Assembly: GCA_963703275.1 (NCBI GenBank)
Contig: OY969804.1
Span: 1,171,154-1,235,153 of the forward strand
Direction of reading: 5' to 3'
DNA length: 64,000 bases
Source of the DNA: an uncultured Actinomycetes bacterium
GTDB lineage: Bacteria; Actinomycetota; Thermoleophilia; Gaiellales; JAICJC01
Positions 42,703-51,566 of the stretch are shown one piece after another (positions within the stretch are counted from its first letter, which is position 1; each line of letters begins with the position of its first letter). The notes beneath the pieces were generated by a model, which did no database searches, was not told the DNA's origin, and saw nothing but the letters and a program-made list of their open reading frames with translations. The translations under genes and the position numbers were made by a program.

Positions 42703-44006
42703 TCTCGTGGCCCCCGGTCGAGCTGCTCACCGACGAGTACCAGCTGGCCATGGCCGACTCCTACGTCGCCCAGGGCATGGCCGACGAGCCGGTGGCGTTC
42801 GAGCTCTTCGTGCGCATCCTGCCCCCGCAGCGTGGCTACCTCGTCGCGGCCGGACTCGAGCGCGCCGTGCAGTACCTCACGGGCTTGCACTTCGGCGAGC
42901 CGGCACTCGAGTACCTGCGCCGGTCGCAGACCTGCGGGGAGCCGCTGCTGCGGCACCTGGCCGGGCTGCGGTTCACCGGCGCCGTCGACGCCGTCGCCGA
43001 GGGCACGGTCGTGCACGCGGGCGAGCCGATGCTGCGCGTCGAGGGCGGCCGGCTCGAGTGCCAGCTGGCCGAGACGTTCCTGCTGAACCAGGTCAACTTC
43101 CAGACGATGATCGCAACCAAGGCCGGCCGCATCGTCACCGCCGCCGCCGGCCGGCCCGTGACCGACTTCGGCTTCCGCCGCGCACACGGCGCCGATGCCG
43201 GCCTGCTGGCCGCGCGCTGCGCCTACATCGGCGGCTGCGTCTCGACGGCCACGGTGGCCGCCGGCTTCGAGTGGGGGATTCCCACGTCCGGCACGATGGC
43301 GCACAGCTACGTGCTGGCGTTCCCCACCGACGTCGCGGCGTTCTGCGCCTTCATGCGCGACCATCCCGCCCGCGCGACGCTCCTGATCGACACCCACGAT
43401 GCGCTCGACGGCGCCCGGGCCGCCTGCGAGGCCGCGCGCGTGACCGGGATCGTGCCGGGGTCCGTGCGGCTGGACTCGGGCGACCTGCTCGAGGTGACTC
43501 TGGCCGTGCGCGCGATCCTGGACGCGGGCGGGTGTGGGGCGACGCGGATCGTATGCTCGGGCGATCTGGACGAGTACCGGATCGCAGACCTGCTCGCGGC
43601 CGGGGCGCCCATCGACGGCTTCGGCGTCGGCACCGCGCTCACGACGTCGAGCGACGCGCCGACGCTCGGCGGGGTCTACAAGCTTGTGTCCAGCAACGGC
43701 CGCCCTGTGATGAAGACCGCGGGGACGAAGTCGAACCTGCCCGGGCGCCACCAGGTCTTCCGGGGCGCCGCCGCGACCGACACCATCGGCCTGGTCGACG
43801 AGGACCTGCCCGGCGAGCGGCTGCTGCAACCGGTCATCCGCGACGGGCGGCTGCTTGCGCCGCTGCCCGCGCTGCCCGACGTGCGCCGCCGCGCCGCCGC
43901 CCAGATTGCCGCGCTGCCCGCGGAGCTGCGGGCGCTGCGTGATCCCGAACAGCTCCACCCCCAGATCTCACCGCTTCTGTCCGCGCTCGAGGAGGACCTC
44001 TCATGA
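42699..44006 (+). CDS. pncB: Nicotinate phosphoribosyltransferase
   Basis: LLTDEYQLAMADSY, DFGFRRAHG, GTMAHSYV, and LIDTHD. ATGA overlap with the nrtR stop. Confidence 0.85.
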   Translation: MISWPPVELLTDEYQLAMADSYVAQGMADEPVAFELFVRILPPQRGYLVAAGLERAVQYLTGLHFGEPALEYLRRSQTCGEPLLRHLAGLRFTGAVDAVAEGTVVHAGEPMLRVEGGRLECQLAETFLLNQVNFQTMIATKAGRIVTAAAGRPVTDFGFRRAHGADAGLLAARCAYIGGCVSTATVAAGFEWGIPTSGTMAHSYVLAFPTDVAAFCAFMRDHPARATLLIDTHDALDGARAACEAARVTGIVPGSVRLDSGDLLEVTLAVRAILDAGGCGATRIVCSGDLDEYRIADLLAAGAPIDGFGVGTALTTSSDAPTLGGVYKLVSSNGRPVMKTAGTKSNLPGRHQVFRGAAATDTIGLVDEDLPGERLLQPVIRDGRLLAPLPALPDVRRRAAAQIAALPAELRALRDPEQLHPQISPLLSALEEDLS

Positions 44007-45343
44007 CCGGCTCCGACCCGACCACGGCCCTGCTCGTGGTCGACATGCAGAACGACTTCTGTCCCGGTGGAGCCCTGGGCGTCGCCGGGGCCCACCTGCT
44101 CGCGCCGGCGATCGCCGTGGCCGCACAGGGAGCGGGCACGGTGGTCGCGACCCGCGACCTGCACCCACCCGATCACAGCTCGTTCGCCGACAGGGGCGGG
44201 CAATGGCCGCCGCACTGCGTCGCGGGCACCGCGGGAGCCGATCTGCACGATGCGGTCGCCGGCATCCGGTTCGACCGGATCCAGGACAAGGGCGACGACC
44301 GCGACCGCGAGGGCTACTCCGGCTTCGACGGCACCGACCTGGCCGAATACCTGCGCGGCCGCGGCGTCGAGCGGGTGCTCGTCGCCGGCGTCGCCTCGGA
44401 CTACTGCGTGAGGGCGACCGCGCTCGACGCGATCCGGGAGGGCTTTCAGACGACCGTCCTGACCGACGCGGTGGCGGCGGTCGAGCTACATCCGGGCGAC
44501 GGTGAACGCGCGCTCGCCGAAGTTACCGCCGCGGGCGGCCGGCTCGACCGGGTGGCGCTCCTGCGCGACGAGGCCGCGCTCGCCCCGATCCTCGAGCTCA
44601 AGGCCGAGCGCCTGCGCGAGGTCATGCGGGCCGCGGGCAGGGGGAAGGCCGTGATCGGCCTCTCCGGCGGCATCGACTCAGCGGTATCCGCCGCGCTGGC
44701 CGCCCGCGCCCTCGGCCCCCACCACGTCGTCGCCGTGCGGCTGCCGTCGCGGCACACCGAGCAGGTGCATATCGACGACGCCGGCGCGTCGGCCGCGGCC
44801 GCTGGGCTGCCCGAAGAGAACCTCTTGACGATCCGGATCGACCCCATGGTGGAGGCGCTGGAATCGATGCGGCCGACCCTGCCGGAGTCGGCCATCCGCG
44901 AGGGCAACGCCAGCGCGCGGGCGCGCATGATCGTCATCTACGATCTCGCCCAGGAGCTGCATGCGCTCGTGGTGGGCACCGAGAACCGGACCGAAAACCT
45001 GCTCGGCTACTTCACCCGCTTCGGCGACGCCGCGTCGGACATCGAGCCGATCACCGACCTCTACAAGACCGAGGTGCGGGCGGCTGCGCGGGTGCTCGGG
45101 CAGCCGCAGGCGGTGCTCGACAAGCATCCCACCGCGGGCCTCTGGGGCGGCCAGACCGACGAGGCCGAGCTCGGCTTCACCTACCACGACGCCGACCGTG
45201 CGCTGGTCGCCATGTTCGACCTGGGCATGACCGCCGAGCAGGCGGCGGAGCGCACTGGCGTTGCCATCGACGTCGTCCGCAAGGTGCGGGCGCGCGCCGA
45301 CGCGGTGGCGTGGAAGCACACCGTGCCCCACGCGCTCGGCTAA
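44003..45343 (+). CDS. Fusion protein: nicotinamidase (PncA) + NH3-dependent NAD+ synthetase (NadE)
   Basis: N-terminal half: LLVVDMQNDFCPGGAL, PPHCV, and VAGVASDYCV. C-terminal half: GLSGGIDSAV, VVGTENRTENLLGYFTRFGD, and DLYKTEVR. A single ORF. Confidence 0.85.
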   Translation: MTGSDPTTALLVVDMQNDFCPGGALGVAGAHLLAPAIAVAAQGAGTVVATRDLHPPDHSSFADRGGQWPPHCVAGTAGADLHDAVAGIRFDRIQDKGDDRDREGYSGFDGTDLAEYLRGRGVERVLVAGVASDYCVRATALDAIREGFQTTVLTDAVAAVELHPGDGERALAEVTAAGGRLDRVALLRDEAALAPILELKAERLREVMRAAGRGKAVIGLSGGIDSAVSAALAARALGPHHVVAVRLPSRHTEQVHIDDAGASAAAAGLPEENLLTIRIDPMVEALESMRPTLPESAIREGNASARARMIVIYDLAQELHALVVGTENRTENLLGYFTRFGDAASDIEPITDLYKTEVRAAARVLGQPQAVLDKHPTAGLWGGQTDEAELGFTYHDADRALVAMFDLGMTAEQAAERTGVAIDVVRKVRARADAVAWKHTVPHALG

Positions 45344-45359
45344 CTCGTTTGCGCCCCGC

Positions 45360-46403
45360 TTACGCTGCGCGCAGCGGCTGCATGTCCGCCGAGGCCGCCA
45401 GCTCGCGCAGCGCCTCGGCCTCGAGCTGGCGCACCCGCTCGCGGGTGAGCCCGACGATGCGGCCGATCTCCTCGAGATTGCGCGGGTCCTGGCCGTCCAG
45501 GCCGAAGCGCAGCTCCAGGATCAGGCGCTTGCGCTCGCCCAGCCGGGCGAGGCCCTCGCGCAGCCGCTCGTGACGCAGGTGCGTCTCGGCCAGCTCCTCG
45601 GGGTTGCCCGCATCGGGGTCGGCGATCATGTCGCCCAGCTCGGAGTCGCCGTCCTCGCCGACCGGCTCGTGCAGCGAGACGGTCTTGCGGGCCAGGCCGA
45701 GAGTCTCGGACACCGCGTCGGAGGTCAGCTCGGCCGCGCGCGCGATCTCCTCTTCGGACGGCTCGCGGCCCAGGCTCGCCTCGAGCGAGCGGCGCGCGCG
45801 CTCGATCGCCCGCAGGCGGTCGGACACGTGCACGGGCAGGCGGATGGTGCGGCCGCTGTTTGCGATCGACCGCTGCACCGCCTGGCGGATCCACCAGGTC
45901 GCATACGTCGAGAACTTGAGGTCGCGGCGCCAGTCGAACTTCTCGACTGCGCGGTTCAGCCCCAGCACGCCCTCCTGGATGAGGTCGAGGAAGGGGACGC
46001 CCTGGCCGCGGTACTGCTTGGCGATCGACACGACGAGGCGCAGGTTCGACTCGATCATGCGCCGCTTCGCGACCGGGTCGCCGGCCTCGATGCGCTTGGC
46101 CAGCATGACCTCTTCGTCCTTGGTCAGAAGCGGGTAGCGGCCGGCCTGGCGCAGGAACAGGTCGAGGCTGTTCGTGGTCGCGATCTCAACCTCGACAACC
46201 TCGATGCGCTCCTCTGGAGCAGGAGGATCGACGATGTCGACGCCGAGCTGCGCCAGCTCGTCGCGCAGCACCTGGACGTCGTCGGCTTCGAGATCGAGCT
46301 CGAGGGCGAGACCGGCCAGTTCGTCCTCGTACACCAGACCCCGCTCCTGTCCGAGCTCCACCAAGAGCCGGGCTTCCGGCTCGATGATGAGCTGGTCAGT
46401 CAT
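45360..46403 (-). CDS. sigA: RNA polymerase sigma-70 factor, primary-like (group 1/2)
   Basis: Regions 1.2-4: [57 protein letters not shown], and [17 protein letters not shown]. Confidence 0.9.
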   Translation of the reverse strand: MTDQLIIEPEARLLVELGQERGLVYEDELAGLALELDLEADDVQVLRDELAQLGVDIVDPPAPEERIEVVEVEIATTNSLDLFLRQAGRYPLLTKDEEVMLAKRIEAGDPVAKRRMIESNLRLVVSIAKQYRGQGVPFLDLIQEGVLGLNRAVEKFDWRRDLKFSTYATWWIRQAVQRSIANSGRTIRLPVHVSDRLRAIERARRSLEASLGREPSEEEIARAAELTSDAVSETLGLARKTVSLHEPVGEDGDSELGDMIADPDAGNPEELAETHLRHERLREGLARLGERKRLILELRFGLDGQDPRNLEEIGRIVGLTRERVRQLEAEALRELAASADMQPLRAA

Positions 46404-46637
46404 TCGTCATCAACTCCTCAAGACTCCCAAGTTATCCTGATCCGTTGTCTCGATAACGTTCGCCGCACAGAGGCTATTCCCGCCTGACGCTATCTCTACG
46501 CCATGCGCCTTGGTTGCGGATTGGCACCGCTTCTCGATTCGCCGGCCAGATGACCCCCAACTGCCGGCGACTTCCCGCCGCCGCCGTCCCGACTCCTCCG
46601 ACCTGGAGGACATACGTGGAACAACGACCGCAGCTGA

Positions 46638-46667
46638 ATTATACTGTGGAGTCCGGCCGGATGTACA
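46638..46667 (-). promoter_or_regulatory. Candidate promoter of the sigma-factor gene
   Basis: Minus strand TGTACA-N18-TATAAT. The perfect -10 at 46638-46643 implies a leader of about 225 nt. Confidence 0.4.
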
Positions 46668-46708
46668 CCCCGACCGTTCGCCGTGCCGCGGGGAAACCGG
46701 TGGGGACG

Positions 46709-47845
46709 TCAGCCGGTGACGCGCACGGCGCCGTCGTACTCGGCCGCGTACCAGGGATTGGAGAGGCTCGAGATCTGGACGACGCCGCCCGTGTGCGGGG
46801 CCTCGATGAACTCGCCGTTGCCGATGTAGAGGCCGACGTGGCCGATGTCGGGCTCGAAGAAGACCAGGTCACCGGGCTCGAGCTGGTTGGAGGCCACGTG
46901 CACGCCCTCGTTCCACTGTGCGCCGGTGTAGTGGTCGAGGTGGATCCCGAGCTGCGCGTACACCCACATCGTGAGGCCGGAGCAGTCGAAGCCCGCGGGG
47001 CTCGCGCCGCCCCACACGTAGGGCACGCCGAGCTCGCCCATGGCGATCTGGACGGCCTGCTCGCCGAGCGAGTTCGCGGGCGGCACGGGGCCGCCGGTCG
47101 GCGGGGTGGGAGCCGTGCTCACGGGCGCGGCAACCACCGGGGGCGGTTTGGCGGCTGCTGCCGCCGCCGCTGCCGCCCGTGCCCGGGCCGCCGCGGCGAG
47201 CTGGGCCTTGTGCTGGGCGATCAGCCTTTGTACGCGCGCGTTCAGGCTTGCGGTCAGCCGCTTCTGGCTTGCGACGAGACCCTCCACCTGCTGCTTGGCG
47301 CTGCGGGTGCGCCCGACGTAGTGGCGGGCCTGGACGCGCTCGGCGCGCAGGGCACGCCGCTTGGCGACGACCACGCGCTCTGAGACCGTGACCTGGTGGA
47401 GCAGTTGCCGCTCGCTCTGGTTTGACCGGTTGATGACGTCGACCCGGTTCACGAGCCCCATGAACGAGCGCGCGCCGAGCACGTACATGGCGGCGCTCGA
47501 ATCGTCGCCCTTGTATGCGGCCACGACCAGGCCCGCGAGCTGCTGGCGGGCGGCGTTCAGATTGTGCTGGGCGATGTGAAGGCGGATGGTGTTGCGGCGG
47601 ATGCGGGCGTTGACGTCGGAGAGCTTCGACCGGGCGGCGTCGTAGGCGTTGACCGCGGCGTCCTCCTTGACGTACAGCGCGTCCAGCTCGTGCTGGGCTG
47701 CGGCCGCCTGCTCGCGGGCCGACTGGATCGAGTCGGCACCCGCCCTCTGGGGCGTGGTGAGAGCGGCGGCCAGGGCGACCAGCATGACGGCGGCCACAGC
47801 CGACGCGAGCCGGCTCCAGTGCCGCTGCGAAGGCGGGCTCGACAT
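46709..47845 (-). CDS. Secreted NlpC/P60 peptidoglycan endopeptidase with coiled-coil N-terminal domain
   Basis: Signal/TM segment, a long coiled coil, an Ala/Pro linker, then GVPYVWGGASPAGFDCSGL...GHVGLYIGNGEFIEAPHTG. Confidence 0.85.
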   Translation of the reverse strand: MSSPPSQRHWSRLASAVAAVMLVALAAALTTPQRAGADSIQSAREQAAAAQHELDALYVKEDAAVNAYDAARSKLSDVNARIRRNTIRLHIAQHNLNAARQQLAGLVVAAYKGDDSSAAMYVLGARSFMGLVNRVDVINRSNQSERQLLHQVTVSERVVVAKRRALRAERVQARHYVGRTRSAKQQVEGLVASQKRLTASLNARVQRLIAQHKAQLAAAARARAAAAAAAAAKPPPVVAAPVSTAPTPPTGGPVPPANSLGEQAVQIAMGELGVPYVWGGASPAGFDCSGLTMWVYAQLGIHLDHYTGAQWNEGVHVASNQLEPGDLVFFEPDIGHVGLYIGNGEFIEAPHTGGVVQISSLSNPWYAAEYDGAVRVTG

Positions 47846-47967
47846 GGGGCCGGACTGTACCAGCCGTAACCGCCTGCAAATGCAGCTGTTTTTGTAAGGA
47901 TTTTCCGCCACCCGGGTTTCGCACCGTCGCCCGGCCGCCGGTGGCGGACGCCCGCTGGGGAGCAGAT

Positions 47968-48024
47968 GTGGGCCGATGGCGTTGCAATGTGGTGGAAAGT
48001 GGGGTATTGTGGGGCGGAATGGGA
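47968..48024 (+). promoter_or_regulatory. Pmra-type promoter overlapped by phased MraZ boxes
   Basis: TTGCAA (47982-47987)-N17-TATTGT (48005-48010). GTGG(G/T)G boxes at 47989, 47999 and 48009, TGGGAG at 48020 (10-bp phasing), and an extra GTGGGC at 47968. Confidence 0.6.
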
Positions 48025-48034
48025 GATGGAACTG

Positions 48035-48463
48035 GTGCTGCTCGGCGAATCTGTCCAAAAACTCGATGCCAAGAACCGCGTGACGCTCCCGGCCAAGCTG
48101 CGGCCGCACTTCGCCGACGGCGTGATCGTCGCCAAGGGGGTCGACAGGTGCCTGTCGGTGTACACGCCGGAGGGGTTCGCGAGGTTCGTCGACACGCAGC
48201 TCGGGTCGCTGTCTCCATTCAGCCGCCAGGCACGGCAGATGAGCCGGCACCTGTATGCCGGCGCCTCGGAGAGCGAGCTCGACCGTCAAGGACGGGTGAT
48301 GCTCCCGCCGCCACAGCTGGCCCACGCCGGCCTCGAGCGCGACATCGTGGTGGTCGGCCTGCGCGACATGCTGGAGATCTGGGACCTGGCCTCGTGGCGC
48401 ACGACGCAGGCCGAAGCCGAGGGGAGCATTGAAGATGTTGCCGAATCTCTCTCACAGCAGTAG
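48035..48463 (+). CDS. mraZ: Transcriptional regulator MraZ
   Basis: V(M)LLGESVQKLDAKNRVTLPAKLR and a second SpoVT/AbrB-like half, LDRQGRVMLPPPQL. GTG at 48035 fits the family N-terminus. Confidence 0.85.
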   Translation: MLLGESVQKLDAKNRVTLPAKLRPHFADGVIVAKGVDRCLSVYTPEGFARFVDTQLGSLSPFSRQARQMSRHLYAGASESELDRQGRVMLPPPQLAHAGLERDIVVVGLRDMLEIWDLASWRTTQAEAEGSIEDVAESLSQQ

Positions 48464-48470
48464 TACGGAG

Positions 48471-49406
48471 ATGGAACACGTCCCCGTGATGGCGGCCGAG
48501 GTTGCGGATCTGCTCGAGCCGCGGCCCGGAGACACCGTGGTCGACTGCACCTTCGGGGCCGGCGGGCACGCCGCGGTGCTCGAGCCCCACCTGCGCGGCG
48601 ACGGCACCTACATCGCCGTCGATCGCGACCGCGAGGTGGCGCCGTTCTACGAGCGGTTCGCGGCGCATGCGACCAGCGAGACACGGCTCGTGCACGGCGA
48701 CTTCGCGCTCGTGCTGCGCAACATGGCCGCGACCGGGGCCCGCGTGCAGGCGATCCTGATGGACCTCGGCGTCTCGTCGATGCAGATCGACCAGCCCGAC
48801 CGCGGCTTCAGCTACGCCAGCGACGCGCCGCTCGACATGCGCATGGATTCCGGCTCCGACCTCACGGCGGAGGAGATCGTGAACACCTGGGACGAGCGCG
48901 AGCTGGCGGGCGTCCTGCGCACGTTCGGCGAGGAGCGCTACGCCTTCCAGATCGCCCGCGCGATCGTCCGCCGCCGGGCGGTGACGCCCTTCCGCCGCAG
49001 CGGCGACCTGGTCGAGGTGATCAAGGCCGCCATCCCGACGCCCGCGCGGTTCGGCCAGGGCCACCCGGCCCGGCGCGTCTTCCAGGCGCTGCGGATCGCG
49101 ACCAACGGTGAGCTCGAGTCGCTGCGCGAGGGGCTCGAGTCGGCCGTCGAGCTGCTCGCGCCCGGAGGCCGCCTGGCCGTGATCAGCTTCCACTCCCTCG
49201 AGGACCGGATCTCGAAGCACTTCATTCGCGACAACGCCCGCGGCTGCACCTGCCCGCCGGACTTCCCCGTGTGCGTGTGCGGGCACGAGCCCCTCCTGCG
49301 CAGCCTGACCAAGCGCGCGGTGGTCGCGAGCGTGGACGAGCGCTGCACCAACCCGCGCTCGGCCTCGGCCCGGCTGCGCGCTGCCGAGAGGACCCAGGCG
49401 TCGTGA
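48471..49406 (+). CDS. rsmH: 16S rRNA (cytosine1402-N4)-methyltransferase
   Basis: HVPVMAAEV, DCTFGAGGH, DLGVSSMQID, and FHSLEDR. Confidence 0.9.
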   Translation: MEHVPVMAAEVADLLEPRPGDTVVDCTFGAGGHAAVLEPHLRGDGTYIAVDRDREVAPFYERFAAHATSETRLVHGDFALVLRNMAATGARVQAILMDLGVSSMQIDQPDRGFSYASDAPLDMRMDSGSDLTAEEIVNTWDERELAGVLRTFGEERYAFQIARAIVRRRAVTPFRRSGDLVEVIKAAIPTPARFGQGHPARRVFQALRIATNGELESLREGLESAVELLAPGGRLAVISFHSLEDRISKHFIRDNARGCTCPPDFPVCVCGHEPLLRSLTKRAVVASVDERCTNPRSASARLRAAERTQAS

Positions 49407-49801
49407 GCGTCGCCGCACCGGCACGCGCACCCGCACGTCCCCGGCGACGGGTGGAACCCCAGGCGCCGGCGGCCGTCCCCCGCCGGGCGCGGCGGGCCCG
49501 GCCGCGCCGGCTCAGCATCGGCGGGGCCGCCTGGGTGGTCGTCCTCGCGGCGCTCCTCGGCGGCATCGTCGCTCTGAATGTCGCGGCGCTCCGTGACAGC
49601 ATCGAGGTCAACAAGCTGCAGGCGCGCGCGGAGCAGCTCGCCAACCAGAACCAACTCGCGCAAAACCAGGTGACCAGCCTCTTGTCGCCGGTCGCAATCG
49701 GGCTGGAGGCCGCGAAGCTGGGCATGCACCCGGCCGACCCGAACACCACCCGGTACGTCACGCTGCCCGCCCTCCACCGGACCCCGGCCCACCGCCCATG
49801 A
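49403..49801 (+). CDS. ftsL: FtsL-like cell division protein
   Basis: GTGA overlap with rsmH. Arg-rich N-terminus, one TM helix, then a coiled coil NKLQARAEQLANQNQLAQNQV. The call rests on position and architecture. Confidence 0.6.
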   Translation: MSVAAPARAPARPRRRVEPQAPAAVPRRARRARPRRLSIGGAAWVVVLAALLGGIVALNVAALRDSIEVNKLQARAEQLANQNQLAQNQVTSLLSPVAIGLEAAKLGMHPADPNTTRYVTLPALHRTPAHRP

Positions 49802-51552
49802 AGCGCATGTCCGACCACCGCCTGCGGCTGATGCTCGTCATGTCGCTGATCGCGTTCGTGGTGGTGGTCGGCCGGGCCGTCCAGATCCAGGGCGTCGACG
49901 CCGCGGCCCTCACCCGCAAGGCCGTGAAGCAGCAGCGCGGCGAGACGACGCTCGTGGGCCTGCGGGGATCGATCCTGAGCTCGGACGGACAGGTGCTTGC
50001 CCAGACCCAGCCGTCCAAGACGATCGTGTCCAACCCCAAGGAACTGGGGGACGTGCACTACGCCGCCGAGGTGATCGCCCGCGCGATCGGCTACCACCCC
50101 AACCTGCGCAGCGGCCACCACCATCATCCGCACCGCAAGCCGCGGCTGCGCCCGAACCCGGCCTGGAAGCCCGAGGTGGCGGCGCTCGAAGCCAAACTGC
50201 GCCTGGGCGGCTACGTCGTCCGCCAGCTGCAGCCGGACGTCGCCCAGCGGATCACCCGCCACCACCTGCCGGGCATCTCGACTGTGAACGAGCTCCAGCG
50301 CTGGTACCCCGACGGCACCGTGGCGTCCCAGGTGCTCGGGTTCACCGGCATCGAGGGCAACGCCGGCAAGGGCGCCGGGGCGGGGCTCGAGCACCAGTAC
50401 AACACCATCCTCGAGGGCCGGCCAGGCAAGCAGGTGACCGTCACCGATCCCAGCGGAACGGTGCTCGACACCGTCCAGGTGCAGAAGCCGCACCCCGGGC
50501 GCAACGTCACCCTGACGCTCGACGCCGCCGTCCAGACCAAGGTGCAGTCGGTGCTGGCCGAGGCGGTGCACAGCTCGCGCGCGGCGTGGGCGACGGGGAT
50601 CGTCATGGATCCGCGCACCGGCGCGGTCATCGCCATGGCGACCGCCCCCGGCTATGACAACAACCAGGCCCACCTGGAGCGCAACGTGGGCCTGTGGCGC
50701 AACCAGGCCCTGCAGACCGTGTACGAGCCGGGCTCGACCTTCAAGGTGGTGACGTTCTCGGCCGCGCTCACCGCCGGGGTCGTCTGGCCGGACGAGGTGC
50801 TGCACAACGTCCCCGACTTCCTGAACTTCGGCGACAAGGTGATCCATGACGACACCACGCACAAGCCGTGGAACATCTCCGTCCGCCGCATCCTCAAGAT
50901 CTCGTCCAACATCGGCACCGACGAGATCGCCCAGATGGTCGGCAAGCAGGATCTGATGCGGTGGATCCGCCGGTACGGCTTCGGACATGAGACGGCGCTC
51001 CAGTTCCCCGGCGAGTCGCCCGGGATCGTCCTGCCGGGGCGCGACTGGACCGAGTCGTCGATCGGCACCATCCCGATCGGCCAGGGCATCGGCGTGACCG
51101 CGATGCAGATCGCGTCGATGTACCAGGCCATCGCGAACGGCGGCGTGATGGTCGAGCCGCACATCGTCCAGGCGATCCAGGGCGCGCGGCCGTCGCGGCA
51201 GTGGAGCCGAAGGATCCTCTCGCCCCACGTCGACCATCAGCTGGTCTCGATGCTCGAGGGCGTCGTCGACTACGGCGGCACGGGCTCCGAGGCCACCATC
51301 CCGGGATACACGGTGGCCGGCAAGACCGGTACCGCCCAGAAGCCGAACGGCCACGGCGGCTACTCCAACCAGTACGACGCCACCTTCATCGGCTTCCTGC
51401 CGGCCGAGCACCCCCAGGTCGAGATCATGGTCGTGGTGGACTCGCCCCAGACCAGCCACTTCGGCGGCAGCGTGGCCGCGCCGGCGTTCGAGCAGATCGG
51501 CGCCTGGTACGCGAACCACGCCGGCATCAAGCCGGACCGGCCCGTCAACTAA
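49798..51552 (+). CDS. ftsI: Penicillin-binding protein 2x/3 class (FtsI)
   Basis: TM anchor, then the transpeptidase motifs STFK, SSN and KTGT. Confidence 0.9.
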   Translation: MKRMSDHRLRLMLVMSLIAFVVVVGRAVQIQGVDAAALTRKAVKQQRGETTLVGLRGSILSSDGQVLAQTQPSKTIVSNPKELGDVHYAAEVIARAIGYHPNLRSGHHHHPHRKPRLRPNPAWKPEVAALEAKLRLGGYVVRQLQPDVAQRITRHHLPGISTVNELQRWYPDGTVASQVLGFTGIEGNAGKGAGAGLEHQYNTILEGRPGKQVTVTDPSGTVLDTVQVQKPHPGRNVTLTLDAAVQTKVQSVLAEAVHSSRAAWATGIVMDPRTGAVIAMATAPGYDNNQAHLERNVGLWRNQALQTVYEPGSTFKVVTFSAALTAGVVWPDEVLHNVPDFLNFGDKVIHDDTTHKPWNISVRRILKISSNIGTDEIAQMVGKQDLMRWIRRYGFGHETALQFPGESPGIVLPGRDWTESSIGTIPIGQGIGVTAMQIASMYQAIANGGVMVEPHIVQAIQGARPSRQWSRRILSPHVDHQLVSMLEGVVDYGGTGSEATIPGYTVAGKTGTAQKPNGHGGYSNQYDATFIGFLPAEHPQVEIMVVVDSPQTSHFGGSVAAPAFEQIGAWYANHAGIKPDRPVN

Positions 51553-51566
51553 CGTTCGCCGCGACG

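Noticed and set aside
47846-47990. A cyclic-di-AMP (ydaO-type) riboswitch in the leader of the NlpC/P60 gene, as is common for actinobacterial cell-wall hydrolases.
   Set aside because: On the minus strand I could not find the conserved ydaO core strings as I remember them (GGGGAxCCA / ACGGGG...CCGAAxCC). Only a generic GC hairpin is present. A covariance-model scan would be needed to decide.
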